A stretch of DNA of 64,000 nt from Phoronis australis (lineage: Eukaryota > Animalia > Phoronida), in contig NMRA01000434.1 of the NCBI GenBank assembly GCA_002633005.1, positions 89,874 through 153,873 on the forward strand. Direction: 5' to 3'. Shown here piece after piece: positions 1 to 14,485 of the stretch; positions within the stretch are counted from its first letter, which is position 1, and every line of letters begins with the position of its first letter. Both the position numbers and the translations under genes were made by a program. The notes below the pieces were generated by a model. It made no database searches. It saw nothing but the letters and a program-made list of their open reading frames with translations, and was not told the origin of the DNA.

Positions 1-3000
1 GGTTTACTCAGAGTCCTCGTAAGAGAGACAGTGTTGACAGTGAACAGGCCGTTCAAACACAGTGAAGGACCACTTAGCCAGCTGCACGGACGGTGGGCGG
101 CAGGCGAGTCGGAAAGGGAAACAAGGTGTAGTGATGGCAGAGATCCGTGTAAGGAAGGTTTAGATCCAAACGCTAGGGGTGCGGCTCTCTCATCATAATG
201 TTGGTAGGGACGTGCAAACAATTCGGGAGGGAATTTTGCCCTATCCGGGTATCGCATGGAACGTATATTTCGCCTCTCAGATATCTTCTCGGATGGGTAT
301 TTTGACTTTGAGATATCGGTATATCGACAAGAGTAAATGAAAGATGAAGCGACAGGAGAGGGAGAGTCGATAAAAGTATTGTTTCGGGTACCCATATTTT
401 TAATTCCCCGGGTACGGTATTCATTTGGTCTCCCCGCAAAAACCACCCTACGATTGAAGGTGCAGCCAAGATCTTCTATAAGAACATTCAAAAGAAGACG
501 AATGTGCGCACCATATAATTTTACACTAATTTTATCCGTAATGTTTACTGCTGGAACTTCAGGAACTAGAGTATGATATGGAAAACTGGAATGAACGTTT
601 AGGAAACAGATATTGTGCGAATGAGAATGTGATTCTCATAAAATGTGAAACTACAGAGCATTAAAACTGCAACAAAGCAACAAAGGTTCTCAATGGCTAA
701 CTTATAAAATATATACTACGTACTTAAAAACGTGTTTTGGGCAAAACATAATGGCACGTTACTTTGCCTAATGACCTTATGTTGATGGTGTTATTTTAAC
801 AAACAATAATACTTCAATAAATGATTGTTTCCGGTAAGTATGAAGAGTCTGCCCGGAAAAATACTTCGAGGGGTAGTGTTGTTGTAAAATCCAAGTCATA
901 TAAGCTAACCGGCAATATTTATATTGATCAAATATTTGGATTAGTTTGTAGAACTGTATTAAATTCGTACTATTTTGCTGGATTGCAAATTTCGGTTATT
1001 GTTTGTGCATCACAATCAACGTTTTCGGTATCAGGTTTCGCGAACTTAACACTGTATTTCCGTAAATTTTTGTCCATTAGAGTCCACGACCTTTTAAGCT
1101 GATGACTGAGAATCCAAGAGAATTAGGGTTTTGTTAGTTGAATGCACCCAGTTACACGAGAAGACAGTAACTCTGACCTGATAGGTTGTGGCGAGGACCT
1201 GTTTTGTTCTAGGAACCGTAAACCTACATGCAATTTTGTGATCGAATATCACCATATCAAAGTATTACGGAACGTGCCTCCGGCGAACTGACGGGTCGCG
1301 AATTTACTATATGTCATTTTAAACAGGGCAAGATAAAAGACTATTTTTTGGAGATACACTTCAGCGTTGTTTTCACAAATGCACGCCCGCCGCGCAGCAG
1401 CAGCAGCAGCGATAGTAAAATGGTTACCGACAGTACATGTATGGGAAACTCTGGTGTTCCCAAGATGAGCCGTAGAAACAGTTCAGACCACGGAGCCAAC
1501 TGACAACATGAGAAAATCTGCAGACTGTAACTTAAACCGAGAATATCCTACGATATCTCCATTCACCTGATGTGAGAGCCTTGATACATCGTTACGGCAT
1601 CGGAAGGAATAGCAATCGGGCAAAACAGAATATCTGATACGGGAATACACTAAATTTTAAAGTAGATGGACCACATGCCACGATTACATTCAAGCCTTAT
1701 GAAAGCGCATAATTTTGCAAATCACCCCGGGGAAAACTAATGTAGTGGCCGACATTATATATATTAGCTTAGTTTTTGAATAGCAGCAGAAACTTGAATG
1801 AGCTTATCCAAGCGACTGTTCAACGCATTGGTCGTAGTACGTAGAAGGTTTCTTCCATTCAGAATTCTATTCTGTTTAACTGTTTACCTGTGGAAATAAT
1901 GCTGTGATAAAGTGCGAAATGTTTCGTTAATTCTAAAAACGTGCAATCACTCGGTTGGCGGGACACGACAGCATTGTATTGACGCTTGTATCTGTCTCTA
2001 GTCTTATCCTTTTCGCTCGGTGAACATGCATTGTGGTCGAGCCAGGCGAAAAATTGGACAAGGGAAATGAAAATTAGAGTGACCACGGGCCTAACTTGTG
2101 TGAATGGCGACTTACCATGTGTGGGAAGGTGTCAACTACAAATCGGTTAGTACATTGTAAAGATTGAGAAATAGCGACGAGCCTTAGAAAATACTGTCGG
2201 AGGGAACATGGGTTCAGTTTTACCAATCGTAACTCACTGGCTACGAAACAACGAGAAAACCGTCTAGTACTCAAACTGGAACTGGCAAACACACACGCCA
2301 AGTGGAAAGTTGCAAAACCGACCGGGATTTTGTTCATGAGGATACGACAACTGACACATAGAGAGGAGATTCAAAAGTGGCCAAGCCACGGGATCCGTAT
2401 CAGGGGACCCTGCTCTTCTGTACCCATGCCAGTAGCTTTTTTGTAACGTCATGAGACCAATTTAAAATGTAAACCTGCTTCTTTGCCTGTTCCACAGGTA
2501 CGAAGCCTTGGATTTACTGAATAAAATTTCTAAATCGCCTTAACACAGACATCTGAACGAAATGAAAACAGAAGTTAAAAATGAAACCTGTGAACAAAGT
2601 AGTAGCAAATTTGCAGGTTGATTAATCAGTTAAAGGATGAGTTTTAGTACACTATGTAACGGACTCTTTCTCGTTATTATAGCTTTTCCATGTTGTGTAA
2701 ACTAACTTCCAGGCACCTAACAAAAACAAACTTTACACTATCGAGCACAATGTGTTTTCTCAATAAACGTCCCTGTGTTCTTTGATAACCGTGACCAGTA
2801 GACCCAAAAGAAATTTTGACGTAACACACGTCTAACACTGAACGGCACGTTAAGGCTACCGGTGTTACGTGAACGCGTCATTTCACAGGTGACTCTGTTC
2901 AGGTAAATTGGATCTGTCATCCCAATCTTCTACTCTAGTTGACGTTAAGTAGCGGATTAATACCTTTCAAATCCAAATAGTATGGCTATTCAAGGCAAAA

Positions 3001-6000
3001 AAGTGACTGGGGAATTACGCCCAAGGCAATACCTTTTATTTCGTGTTATGGAATGCAGTGTAATTGAAAACGTCGCCGGTTAAATCCATATTGATGACAA
3101 TGTCACACTCTGAGGGTGGACGTTTTGAAGGTATAATTACCTCATGACAAATATTTTTAACCTCAGATTTCTTGCTGCCCTTAAACTGACAAACATAAAC
3201 ACGCCTGAAAGAATTCTACACTATTAAAAAATGTAATTTAAATGTGACACACAAACTCGAATATTATCGCAAAAAAATAACTTACAGTTTTTGAACATTT
3301 TTTGGAATTCCTTGTGGCACAGAGTTGAATCCTAAATCACTACAATCCACGAGAGTTCCTTGACACGAACACTTCTCTGGGCATGCAGACACGTAAGCAA
3401 TGCACACGCTCACGAGTAGTGCGTTTACGAACGCACGCATTTTAAAAAAATAATCCCTAGATCCTTTTCAAGAAGACTTTCGATAGTTTCGACGCATTCA
3501 ACAATATTGGCACCTCTTTTTTATAACTAATCCGCTGTGCGTGCGCTCAACTCCAGCGCTTAACGTTATTCTTCTCGAAACGCCACCACTCATTCATAAA
3601 AGTCTAAGTCCGGTGATAGTGGAATATCCCGACCGTAGCCAACAATTTATTGGATAACCACAATCTTTCAACCGTCGTCTACCTGTTAGGATTTAGAGTA
3701 TTCTGAGAACCTGTTCACTCACAGCGCTTTTTGACGGGGTGAGTCAATTATGAGTAGGGGTGAAAGATTTTAACGTGGGTTAACACGCAGAAGAAATACT
3801 TTAAACATGTTTAAATCTGACTTCAAAAAGTCATTATGACTAAATGACTGTCATATGTGTTTACTCTAGACGTGTTAAAAATTGTCGAGTCGGGGCCATT
3901 CCTCGAAATTTTCGGTTTCTTTCATGTCATAATTGTTACCATGTTGCCACCAGCTTTACCCTAGAGGCGCCGTCTATTGAGTACCAAGGAAGATAATGAC
4001 AGGGGCTGGTGTGTTGCGGGTAATTCTTTTTTCTTCAGCGAAAAGTTTTGTTTTGTGGTTCGCCCATGCATAATATAATGTGACCACCGCGTGATTTGAA
4101 TTAGTTTTATTTACAGCGTCTATGAACCCGGCTGCCTATTGCTAAAAAATAACTTTTGATTTAGGGCACTTACGGTACTGTTATAAATCTGATCTCACTT
4201 GCTCATTACTAAAACTAGAGACACCTCTCGGGCGTTTAAGAACTGGCAGGTCGTTATTGCTCGAGGTCAGGCTCGATAAGTTGGCTTGTTGCGCGCGGCG
4301 GGTTTTATGAGCCAAACATGATCTCAAGCACTAACGAAGTCTTTCCTAGCCCAGAAACTGTTCCTGATTACTGAACAAATTGAGACCAATAGAGGAAAGT
4401 GGTCCAAATCAAAAGCTAGTTTCTTAGACGGCCGAAGGCGGTTTCATGGCAGCTTTTAGACGCACGTGAATATTCTGTAATTTCATTTGTAGTCAACTCG
4501 ACTATTTTTATTTAGCCATCGCCTTGCTGTCTACTGTACGATGAAAACGTCTCTCTTTTGTTTCTAAACGCTGCCCGTCGAAGGAATCCAAGAATCCAAT
4601 GTTGAAAAAATTCCTTAACAGATTTAATCATTTACAATTTTCATAGAAAAATGAAAAATGATCTCACCTATCATTTAAACGAGCATTTCGCCGTTGTTTG
4701 ACTGTCGTTGCCGAATTTTTAACTAGAGCCCTTTGGGTTTAAAAGTATTGCCACCCTCATCCGATCTGCCAAATGAGCCACCAAATCGAGAGCCCCGCCT
4801 CTCTCCCCCCTCAATCCGTTCATCATCATTTCGAGTTTGCAGTTTTCGGATTGACGTTGATAGTTTCAACGCTCTTGTTGATAACGGAAATAGAATCACG
4901 AACAGGAATATTATTCGTCTTTATTCACCTAAACAAGGCTAATTACAGATTTTTTAGAAGTAAACACTATTTGGTTCAGAAAATAAAATAAACACGTGTG
5001 ATTAGAAAAATGTTGTTTGACTAAGCGCGGGATATGCCACATGAGAACGGAGTTACATGTCTAATTAGTTCCTTACTGAGAAGTTACGCAATGTAAACGC
5101 CATTACACAACTTGTAACGAGCACAATAGTTGTCCATGAAGACTATTAGGGAATGGACCGGGAACCAGATGGCTTTTGTTTGCGCAGATGGTTAAAGTGC
5201 ACGTAATATGTTTTCAGTGTCTGCATGGTTTACGCTAAAGCTCGAAGCACTGATTTATCCAGGATACCGCAAGACATTCCCGGCCACACGTTTGCGGTAC
5301 CCGTAAAACGTCAAGTCGGGTCGTTTTTTATTTAGCCGTGTCCGAAGGGGAGTTGGGCCTTGTGCTTCGTCTAAATTAACCCCGCGTATGCCGGATTATC
5401 TTCTGCATTCTGTGCAAGTGAGCGCTGCTCCACTTTCAAAATTTTGACCAAAGCATATTCCTGAGTAGTCGAAAAAATGAATACTATGAATATAGTGAAA
5501 ATATGTACCCAAGACACCGCAACCCTCGCCACCATTTCTTTCGTTTACTCACCAGAGACCATTCCTGAGAAATAGTACCTACCGGAGACAATAGACTAAT
5601 CAGCGAAATTCCACTGACAATACCGAAATTACCATCTTGATATTTAGAGGCAAAAATACTCAGTGTGAATACAGTGTCGTCTGTTTGTCACCAGCGCTCC
5701 TTCATTCCTCTATATCTTAGTCAGAAATTTGCTCGACGGTTCAGACATCTGATTTTATTCTCCTACCGGACGCGTTCCTCTATTTTTGTAAACAAATTAC
5801 TTAAATTAATTTGTCACATCTCATCTCATGGACACTGCGGACTACGTCTATTTTCAACATAATACGTTTCTTATGCACATGTGCAACTTACCTCATTATT
5901 GTCAAAATGTAAATCAGACTTTCTTTGCACGAAACTGATAAATGTTATTGTCCCAATACAATAGATGGCGCATTAAGACAGCGTATCGTTTATCTCAAAC

Positions 6001-9000
6001 AGGCCTACTGCACCCTGGAAATGATGGCTTGTTAAAAAGCAGCTCACGCAAGTGGTTTTTCTTACCCACACCGAATTTCGAGTTATCTTAGAGTTGGGCA
6101 ACGTGTTCTCGAAAAAGATAAGTTGTTAAGACGAAAATCGACACAAAAAAGTGGAAGCCCTAATACAATATACAAGATTGAAAAACCATTAGTTGAATTG
6201 TGTAGTTGGAAAAAGGAACCCGTTTGTAAAGTTTCGAAGTTCCGATGTGAATCCTTTAGTTTGAAGGGAATTTTGTCGGAAACTATGAAAGGTAAACTTC
6301 CGAAAGTAATTTTGTCAGTATAAGGCAACTTTTCTCTGGGGAACAGGCCGTAAAACCCTTCCGACCAGCAGTTCCGGTATACTTGTTCAACCAAGCAAAA
6401 CTAGTTACCAGTAACATTTTCATAAATTATCATTGCAATGGGATAATCATGGTGCCGGATAAGAACTCTAGAAAGTCACAGCATCGTTTCAATTAAGTTT
6501 CAGAAGAAAAGCGACAGTTTGCTGCATCATATACCTACTATCTTTAATTACAGAGGTTTGAGTCTTGAGTGCAAAAGTGCCAGAAGAAATGCTCGTATAA
6601 CTTCGCATTGTTGTGAAACAGTCCAAAACACCCACGTAACAATAACGCTCATTGAACTGCAAGACACAGTTCCATGCCATACGTAGATAACAACTAGTGG
6701 AAGTATTGTCAACATTTCCAGCGAATGACGAGAAGGTTGTTTTTGAAGTGGATACGCTTGGATTGGTCATACTGCTGAGGTAAACGGGGAAGTGAGTTGA
6801 TTGTGGTGTCTTGGACAATCCTTCATTAATCTTTTCAAGGTATAAAGGCAAGTCACTTCTTTTGATCACAAGAATTGAATTCAGCTAATCGAATATACAG
6901 TTTTACCAAATAAGATGTTATACAATGACTCAGAGGTAAATGTAGGATTGCATACCCCAGTGTGGTAAAATAGTCACTAGGCATGGGAAGATCTCATGTT
7001 TTTAAAAGGAATTAAAATCACGTTACCATAACTGAGGTCAATATAAAAGTATGAGCAGTCAATGTGTAGAGTTATTGACTCATGAATCGGTTTATAACCA
7101 AATCCAATTATAATGGCCACATGTACTTAGCGTTTCACATGCCTCCTCTTGCTTACTCCACGAGCCAATTTATGAAACGTTTTTTAATGGAAATTTGCCA
7201 CTGTACTGACGTTTCAGTGATTGGAATTTAGGCAACATGTAGCCCCTCGGTTGACTATCGCCTGCGTAAGCGCGCATGACGGCGAAGTAATTACCTTCTT
7301 GGAAATCTGTGTCCAGCTGTCGTGTTGAAGAGTTTCAAGTATTGGCAGAGTTTGAAATGCGAAACCTATTTTTTCACATAATCATTGAGGGACACGGCAT
7401 CTTGCTTGTACTTATACAGTCAGGTGTTTCATCGTACGCTTATACGTCACTCTTGATAAAACACCCCACTGTTTTATGGTCTCCACACGCGCTCAGTAAT
7501 TTAAAACTAATGACTATTCAATATAATGCCCTTTACACTACAAAAGTTGACACGGGTCAGCCGATACCGAACGAGATGATCGAGCCCAAGTATATGTGTA
7601 AACTGGATTGACACGGAGCCAACTGACATCCCGGTGACAACTTTTGTCACCCGTTTGTGAGGTAGAGCAACTTGCGCCTGATCATCTTGCGCCTGGTCAG
7701 TTGCGCTGTGTCAAAAGTTCATGTCTAAACGGGACTTATGATTGTATTCACCAACGGAGTTATTGGGCCATATTACACGTAGCTTTTTACGAGCACATTC
7801 TCCATAAGGGAATCAAAGGCGTCATCCAGTAAATCTTCGGTACCGGGAATTTCCGATAAAATATCAACGGAGCTTTTTCGGAAACAGAGATTTCTGTAAT
7901 TCTCTTGATTGTTCTCCATCCTGAATTGACGCACCTCTTTGTCTCAAATGTCCAAATAACACAGTGACGATTACACGCCGATTGATAACCATAGTTTTAA
8001 ATACGTAAAGTTAGATCATTCGTCAACAATAAGCATTCACTTATGAATCCCTTGCCAAAGGTTATCTCTCAGTTAGAATACGTGAACTGGCAAGAGAGAG
8101 AACACTAAACTTTTCAGATCACAAGTTTTAAAGCTGCATTTCGTCCTGCTTAGCTGACCATTAAAAAGAAAGGCTTTGTACTCTCATAAAATAGGTTTGA
8201 GTAATACCCCTTTAAGTTTCCCTGACAGGCTTTTTGACTTGCGACACCAACATGAAAACTGAAACCATCAGCGGCTCGGTATATTTGGGTTGGCCAGCTC
8301 CGTAACTGTGAATTCGAAAATGGTGCCAACGCATCGCTTGCATGAATTCACTGACAAGATCGGTCGCGGAGCATGGTAAAGTTTTTCGCTTCAAACCTGC
8401 TAAACAGGGCCAGATGCAGCTTTAATGTTGATAATTAACTGCAAATTCAAACAATTATAAACGAAACCGAACTTTTCTTTAAGAGGCCTAGGAGGCGATA
8501 AACAGACTAAATTGCAATATTGCCAAAGTGGTTCTCTGTTACTGGAACAGAATTCAACCTGCTCCCCAAGTATTTTTAGGGCCGTTTTGTTCGTAAAGAT
8601 TAATTTTTATTTCTGTTGACATCGAAACATTTTCTTTTAGTTTAAAATTTTAAAAAATTGACTATGAGTGCACGCGCGCATTTATCACAAGTGGGAAGGA
8701 GATTAGAAACTCTGCGGTAACCATAGTTTTTCATTAGCGCGTATCACAGAGGAAAGTGAATTACTCTGTACTAGACGTTGCGAGATGGTACTTTCGTCAG
8801 GAACTGTTTAAAAGATATTTTTGACGAGCTTTCGCGTTCCATGCCTCTTAACCATTCGCTTTCGGTTCTGGAAAAAAGCTCATGGGCATTTCGTGTGAAA
8901 GAGCTTTATCAGCAAACTAGTCGGTACTGCAAATTTTTTCCAGCATTGCTGGGAATAGTCGGGTTTATGATGTGCCAAGTTTCAAACTTTCGAAGCGACC

Positions 9001-9361
9001 TCTTCAACGAAACTTATGTTTTTTTACGAATAAACACCGAGAGAAGCAACGTCGACCTTAAAATCGGATTTACCATTGATTTACAAAGCATTACTCATCT
9101 AAGTAAACTCAAAATTCGGCTAGCATGTAATTTCAGACTCAGAAGCAACCCGGCCGAAGATGTTGATGGAGTCTGTTCATTCATCAAAATGATTTAGTCC
9201 TCCTAACAGGAGTTGCAATGTTGTTGTTCGTAAAGATATTATAGCAGGTTGCCAACGGCAAATTTTTTAATCAAACTGCCCCCATCTTACAGCTTGAACA
9301 AATGGTCGGAAGGACCTGTCGACTTTGGCTTTAGGGGACTTATGTCAGCTAACAATTACAA

Positions 9362-9412
9362 TTTATTTTGGTGAACATTTCACTTATCTATTATATATGC
9401 ATCTTCTTTATT
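9362..9412 (-). promoter_or_regulatory. Candidate polyadenylation signals of the Mieap-domain gene (~2.2-kb 3' UTR)
   Basis: AATAAA (minus) at 9362-9367 and 9407-9412, where CpG-poor sequence switches to CpG-rich. Other AATAAA hexamers lie near 9445 and 10187. Confidence 0.35.
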
Positions 9413-10743
9413 ATTCACATGGCTAACTAACCTCCATGATATTTTTATTCTGAGATTTCCTTACAAGACCATAAAAAATTGTATTCCCTGAGCGGGAACC
9501 ATACCTGTAGGTTGACAATTAAACAACAGGTCTCTTGTCTGTAGTATATGTGTTGGTGAACAGGATCAAGAGAAATAAGTTTCCTGCACAGTAATGCTGT
9601 TCTTGAGAAAAGAAATAAAACATTGCGTCATCAATTTTTCAATATCAGATGAGTACTTGGGAACAAGACAGTGATACATCAACTCTAGTGTATATTATAT
9701 TATATTAAATACACGATAGATGGCACTAGTGACTGGCCGACCTTAGTTATCCCATTCACACAACTATAGACATGATATAGTAAATATCTCTCTCTCTCTA
9801 TATATATATACATACACAAGACAATAACTTGGTGAACAGGGAACATTAGTAGTAAATATACAGAATGATGACAATGAACAAGTGTGGGCATACTAGGATA
9901 CCTGTAAGTGTGGTAAAGTAAATACTGTAGTAGCACCAGTGATATGTATAGTTGCAAGCAGCATTAAGTTACTTCTGTTACAGTATTCACAAGGCAATTC
10001 ATGTGACCACAAATGAAACAGAAAATGTTAATATGTAGCTTCAGCTTTGACAAACTACAATGACAAACTGTGGCAATATAAATGTCAACTGCCACACCAT
10101 TGGATACTTATGTCAAAATATCTTAGTGACAAATACAATAAAGTTCCAAGGAACCCAACCAGAATGCCTCACTTACTCCATAGCCTTTATTCACATATGG
10201 GTAAAACTTGTGCTCATTATACCATGGACAGTTACAGTGGGCAAAACAATATTCAGCTGTATTGGCATCATCTTTGGCAGTGGGTAGCACTGAGAGAGGT
10301 CTTACAATAATAAAATGCAGCACCATTCTTGAAACTCCCCTTATTGAATTTTTCAGTAAAAAAGTTTTGGGTTTTTAAGGTTAGGTGATTATAACAAGGG
10401 TTCCAGAGGTTAGCATCAAACCTAAGATGACTCAGGATTTGTTTGCAATTTCAACTGATTACGTCGATGTTAACCTACAAAGCACTTTAAACTCCAGGTT
10501 AAGTGCCACCAGGGCTGTGTTCTTCAACCCAGGACCTGAATCGTGAGAAACCTACACCAAGAAATCTTTGTTTATGGATTTTCTCCCACAATCCAACATT
10601 CCAACCTCACCAACCAATCAATTCAGCGGCAGCCATTTGCTAGTCTATACCAGTAAGGGTGTGAAATTACTCGCAAAACATCTGCTTTTTACTCAGAAGA
10701 TTTTGCTTAGTCTACCCATGATTTTGCTATCCTCGCGAGAAAA

Positions 10744-10785
10744 TTCCTCTGCGGCATACAGTCTTTCCTCTGCGGCATACAGTCT
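10744..10785. repeat. Perfect tandem duplication, 21 bp x2
   Basis: TTCCTCTGCGGCATACAGTCT twice. Confidence 0.9.
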
Positions 10786-11610
10786 TGGTTTTACTCACAA
10801 GTCAAACAAGTAATACGTAAAGCACATAACAAGAAACAAAATATGATCCAGCAGGTGAGTATGACCTTGTCACTTTGCCAACAATGTGACAAAATGACAC
10901 AAAAGTTTGCCAAGGACCATTGCTACAGAGTGTTAAGTGTCGACCGAGTTCACTGCAAAACATATTTGTGGGATACAGCATGACTACACAAGTAGGACAC
11001 TGGTATAAACTTAAAGTTGCTCAACCCAAGTTTGGCAAATAAGGCAGCTAAATTCGAATTAAGTTGAATTTTTGCATGTTACAAACTGAAATGATTCATG
11101 ATCTTTGATCCAGATATAAAAAATCATCAAAACCGTATGTCTGCATGCACTAAAAATAATCAAGTATCCAATTTTCCATGGACAACCGATTATTGTGAGA
11201 GAATGCAATACGCGACTGTGAACCCACATCAAAGATGACAATTCGTTTTAATGTATCAAATAAAAAAACTCGGTTCAGTTTGAATTTTAGCCATCTCATA
11301 GTTATTTACCATACACAGGTCCAGCAACTATGGTGCAATGAACTGGATTGAATAATGTTCACAGGTGACAGAAAAATTTCCATGATTCATCTTAACATTC
11401 AGAGACACACAGTTTAACACAATCATTAAAAAAAATACAGATCGAACAAATCATTCATTGCATGTTTGATTGTATACAAATAAATTCTATGACTGTTCAA
11501 AAAGCACAATAGATGAATGTCATTATATAAAACAAAGTTACAAGACTGCACATCATGAAAATGCATAACAATGAACAGAAATAGCAACAATAAACAACAA
11601 CGGTCACATA

Positions 11611-11895
11611 TTACGTCATGACAACACCTTTGTAGACACATAGACCATTATTGCCTTCATGTAGACTAGGCCACAGATAACTTTTAATGTCTGTCACCTC
11701 TGAACAGGAATTGTGGAACCGCGTGTGCTTGTCGCTGGAAAAAGTGGACGAATCAAATTCAATGACAAGCTGTGGATTCTGAGCATTAAGTTTCCAGGCG
11801 AGACGAACACATTCCTCGATGTAGTAACGTAAGCCCTCGCACGTCTTCAGGTCTGGGTAGTCGTAGAGTGTGGCATAGATCTGCGATGACACTTC
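11611..11895 (-). CDS. Terminal coding exon of a Mieap (mitochondria-eating protein/SPATA18) C-terminal-domain-containing protein
   Basis: Acceptor tttacag|GAA at 11895, phase 0; 95 codons to TAA at 11611. Reads EVSSQIYATLYDYPDL...YIEECVRLAWKLNAQNPQLVI...FSSDKHTRF...IKSYLWPSLHEGNNGLCVYKGVVMT*. This matches the recalled Mieap C-terminal pattern (CVRLAW..Q.P, H.R, YLWP.L, KGVV.T*). Confidence 0.88.
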   Translation of the reverse strand, partial: EVSSQIYATLYDYPDLKTCEGLRYYIEECVRLAWKLNAQNPQLVIEFDSSTFSSDKHTRFHNSCSEVTDIKSYLWPSLHEGNNGLCVYKGVVMT

Positions 11896-12356
11896 CTGTA
11901 AATAAAGCGAACAGGTCTACAGTGATGCATCAGAACTGCAACAATATTCAGAATCATGCAACTACTTATGGGCAAACAGTACATGGCAATTGTTGGACGT
12001 TGGACTCTTACTTGTGAGGCTTGAACTTATTAAATCCTGTGTTCTATGACGGACTGCGAGCATTGCAGTAATTGCGTGATGTCTTTCTACGTTGAACATT
12101 AAATAAGGGTATGAAAGCAAGATACTGAAGAAAGTGCCCTCCCAGAAAAAGTTTACTCTCTCATTAAAAACACACAAATACTGTAACAGATGTTTCCTAT
12201 TGACACAGAAATGATAAAATATAGAATCTTAAACACCATAGTTTGCCTCCTTAGTCCAAGTTACTTCTCGCTTAGAAAGTAATTAAATTCTAACTTCTTA
12301 TAAAATGTTTCAAGATCCGAACCATGTCGTAACTCGCAATGCCACCAGACTCTCAC

Positions 12357-12539
12357 CGAAATATTTCCAGTGACGTCATAGCTTTCAGCAGTCTTTCTGA
12401 GGTATGTGTCAATCATTTGCTCCATCTCCTTGACAACAGGGTCAGGTGATGCCAGGCCATGTCCACTGTTCATATATAGTAAGTGTTGCACTCTGGACTT
12501 CAGTTCTTTCATCTTCTGTTGAGCAGATCGGAATGCGAG
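12357..12539 (-). CDS. Internal exon of the Mieap-domain gene (LAFRSAQQKMKELKSRV...YDVTGNIS)
   Basis: tttcag|CTC acceptor and TCG|gtgaga donor; 183 nt, phase 0-0, in frame with both neighbours. Confidence 0.88.
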
Positions 12540-13037
12540 CTGAAACAGGAATCAGGGTAAAACAAAAATGAAATTTATATTTCCGTGTTTATATACCAAT
12601 TAGACTAAATAATAATTGATGTACATGGAACATCAGGAAAACTAGAGGTAAAAATAATTCTATAAGCCAATACAGGTAAAAGTAAATAAAGTAATTTAAA
12701 AAAAAAATAAATAAAACTGGTACTAAAATGTAGAGCTCTTCATTCCACTGATGAAGACACTTGTTGACACAAAGTTTAGTTTCAGTAAACATTTCATCAG
12801 GTTTTACAGTCCACATTTTGACTTCAATGAAATTATGTCACAAAACAGGCCCCAAATTTAGAGCAGCTACATCTAATTATCTTAAAGGATGCTCAGGTAC
12901 AAAAGAAGATTCGGAACAAAAATTCCTTTAAAATTATCAGAAAACAAATCAAGCTGCAGCACCACCAACAAAACTTAATGACACCACAAATATCAATAAA
13001 CCATAGTGATTGTGCAACACTTAACTCCAGTACATAC

Positions 13038-13245
13038 CACTACAACAGAGAACAGAAGTTTGCCCTTGAGGTCGTCATTTTCCGAGAGTTCATTGAGCGA
13101 ATCCAGTGAGTCGAGAGCGTCCAGCCTCACTTCAGAGTAAAGGTTACCATAAGCCTTGATGAGCTGGGTTGGCCGATCATCACCCAAATTCAAATCTTCA
13201 AATTTTGTACCCTTCTCCAACTGCTTTTGTGCTTGCTCAGCAAGT
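13038..13245 (-). CDS. Internal exon of the Mieap-domain gene (RLAEQAQKQLEKGTKFEDLNLGDDRPTQLIKAYGNLYSEVRLDALDSL...LLFSVVV)
   Basis: ttacag|A acceptor (phase 2) and GTG|gtatgt donor (phase 0); 208 nt. The RPT.L...Y..LYS..RLDALD.L motif is typical of Mieap-family proteins. Confidence 0.88.
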
Positions 13246-13318
13246 CTGTAACAACAAAGGAAGTTTGTTGTTAGGCAATATCATTAGGATAAAGTTGAGA
13301 ACTACCTCTTTTTAATTC

Positions 13319-13560
13319 GAGGAGGCAGTGTGGCCTGGTTGACTAAGTGCCCGCTTTCTTTACTCGAGGTCGTGGGTTCAGATCCCACCAGGTCACACTG
13401 CTAAACCCTTGAGCCAGGTTTCTAGCTCCTCAGCTCGGTTTTAACCATATATTAATAAAGCATAAAAATATTTCCAGGTGATCAGTGCAATGGGCCCACA
13501 TGCGAGGCCTGCGCACGTCTGGTACAACGTGTATTAGACCGCCTGCAATTATTTTTTATA
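13319..13560 (+). mobile_element. Full-length tRNA-derived SINE
   Basis: A-box-like TGGCCTGGTTG (13331-13341), B-box GGTTCAGATCC (13375-13385), 3' hairpin and AT-rich tail. Flanked by the 12-bp direct repeat TCTTTTTAATTC (13307-13318 and 13561-13572). Partial copies at 30723 and 39458. Confidence 0.85.
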
Positions 13561-14485
13561 TCTTTTTAATTCACGTAAAGTTACCATTTAAACAGGATAT
13601 GTACACAGCTGACAAGATTCCTAAAAATGTAACTAAGGTTGTCAGAGGCAAATGAGAGAATACGGTATATCTTCATTTAGTGGAATCCTATCCTACAAAA
13701 GTAAAGATTAAGAATATTTTAATGTACTACAAGCAAGGATTGTAGGGTGTAGATGTCATGAAACAACAGTAGCTGAAACTCACATTATTTGCGAAAAGGG
13801 AATCAGCCTTTGAAAAATGAAAAAATGACCATTTTGGCAATTATGTTTGTGTGAACTTAGTGGAGAACTAGTGCAACACAAAAATCAAGGAGACAAGTTT
13901 GCATAAAAATGTGACATGTGACCAAGTGGTAACAAACAAGACAACAGACACCATACGAGTTAGTATGAGGATCCATATTCAAGTAAGGAGGCGAATAAAT
14001 ATTTCAAAGAGTAAATGATTCATCTTTATTGAACAACCACTTATGCTTCTCTCCTCTGGCTTAAGCACAGTACGATGAACGAGGTGATGCTAACCGGCTA
14101 ACCATGCAATATCATGTTTCATTCAAAGTAACCAGACAATAGAGGTCGCTGGTTGTGAACTGACCAATCAGATGCTGTAGAAACCATAAACCCCTGACTG
14201 TGGAAACAAAGTGATCAGACAATAACTACATCAAAGCCAGTAAAACATGTCAATCTTATAAGGGAGAAGAAATCAAGAAGAAAGAAGCATGGAACAAATT
14301 TGGAGCAGTCCCTCAGGAGCATGAGGTCACATGGCTTGAGGGAGAACAATATTGGTCTCCCTCAGTCCACGTATGACCTGAAATCACTCTCAGGATCGGT
14401 TCACATTTGCATAAATTTGTCGATATTATAAAAATAAGGATAAAGATGAAAGTATGTGATCTGGGATCATTTTTAAATGCCTGAC

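Noticed and set aside
6489-6869. 126-aa Ser/Thr-rich ORF
   Set aside because: Non-ATG start, no recognisable domain, no convincing splice pair.
13319-13395. tRNA gene
   Set aside because: Has A/B boxes but no complete cloverleaf; it continues into a repeat body with tail and TSD, so it is a SINE.
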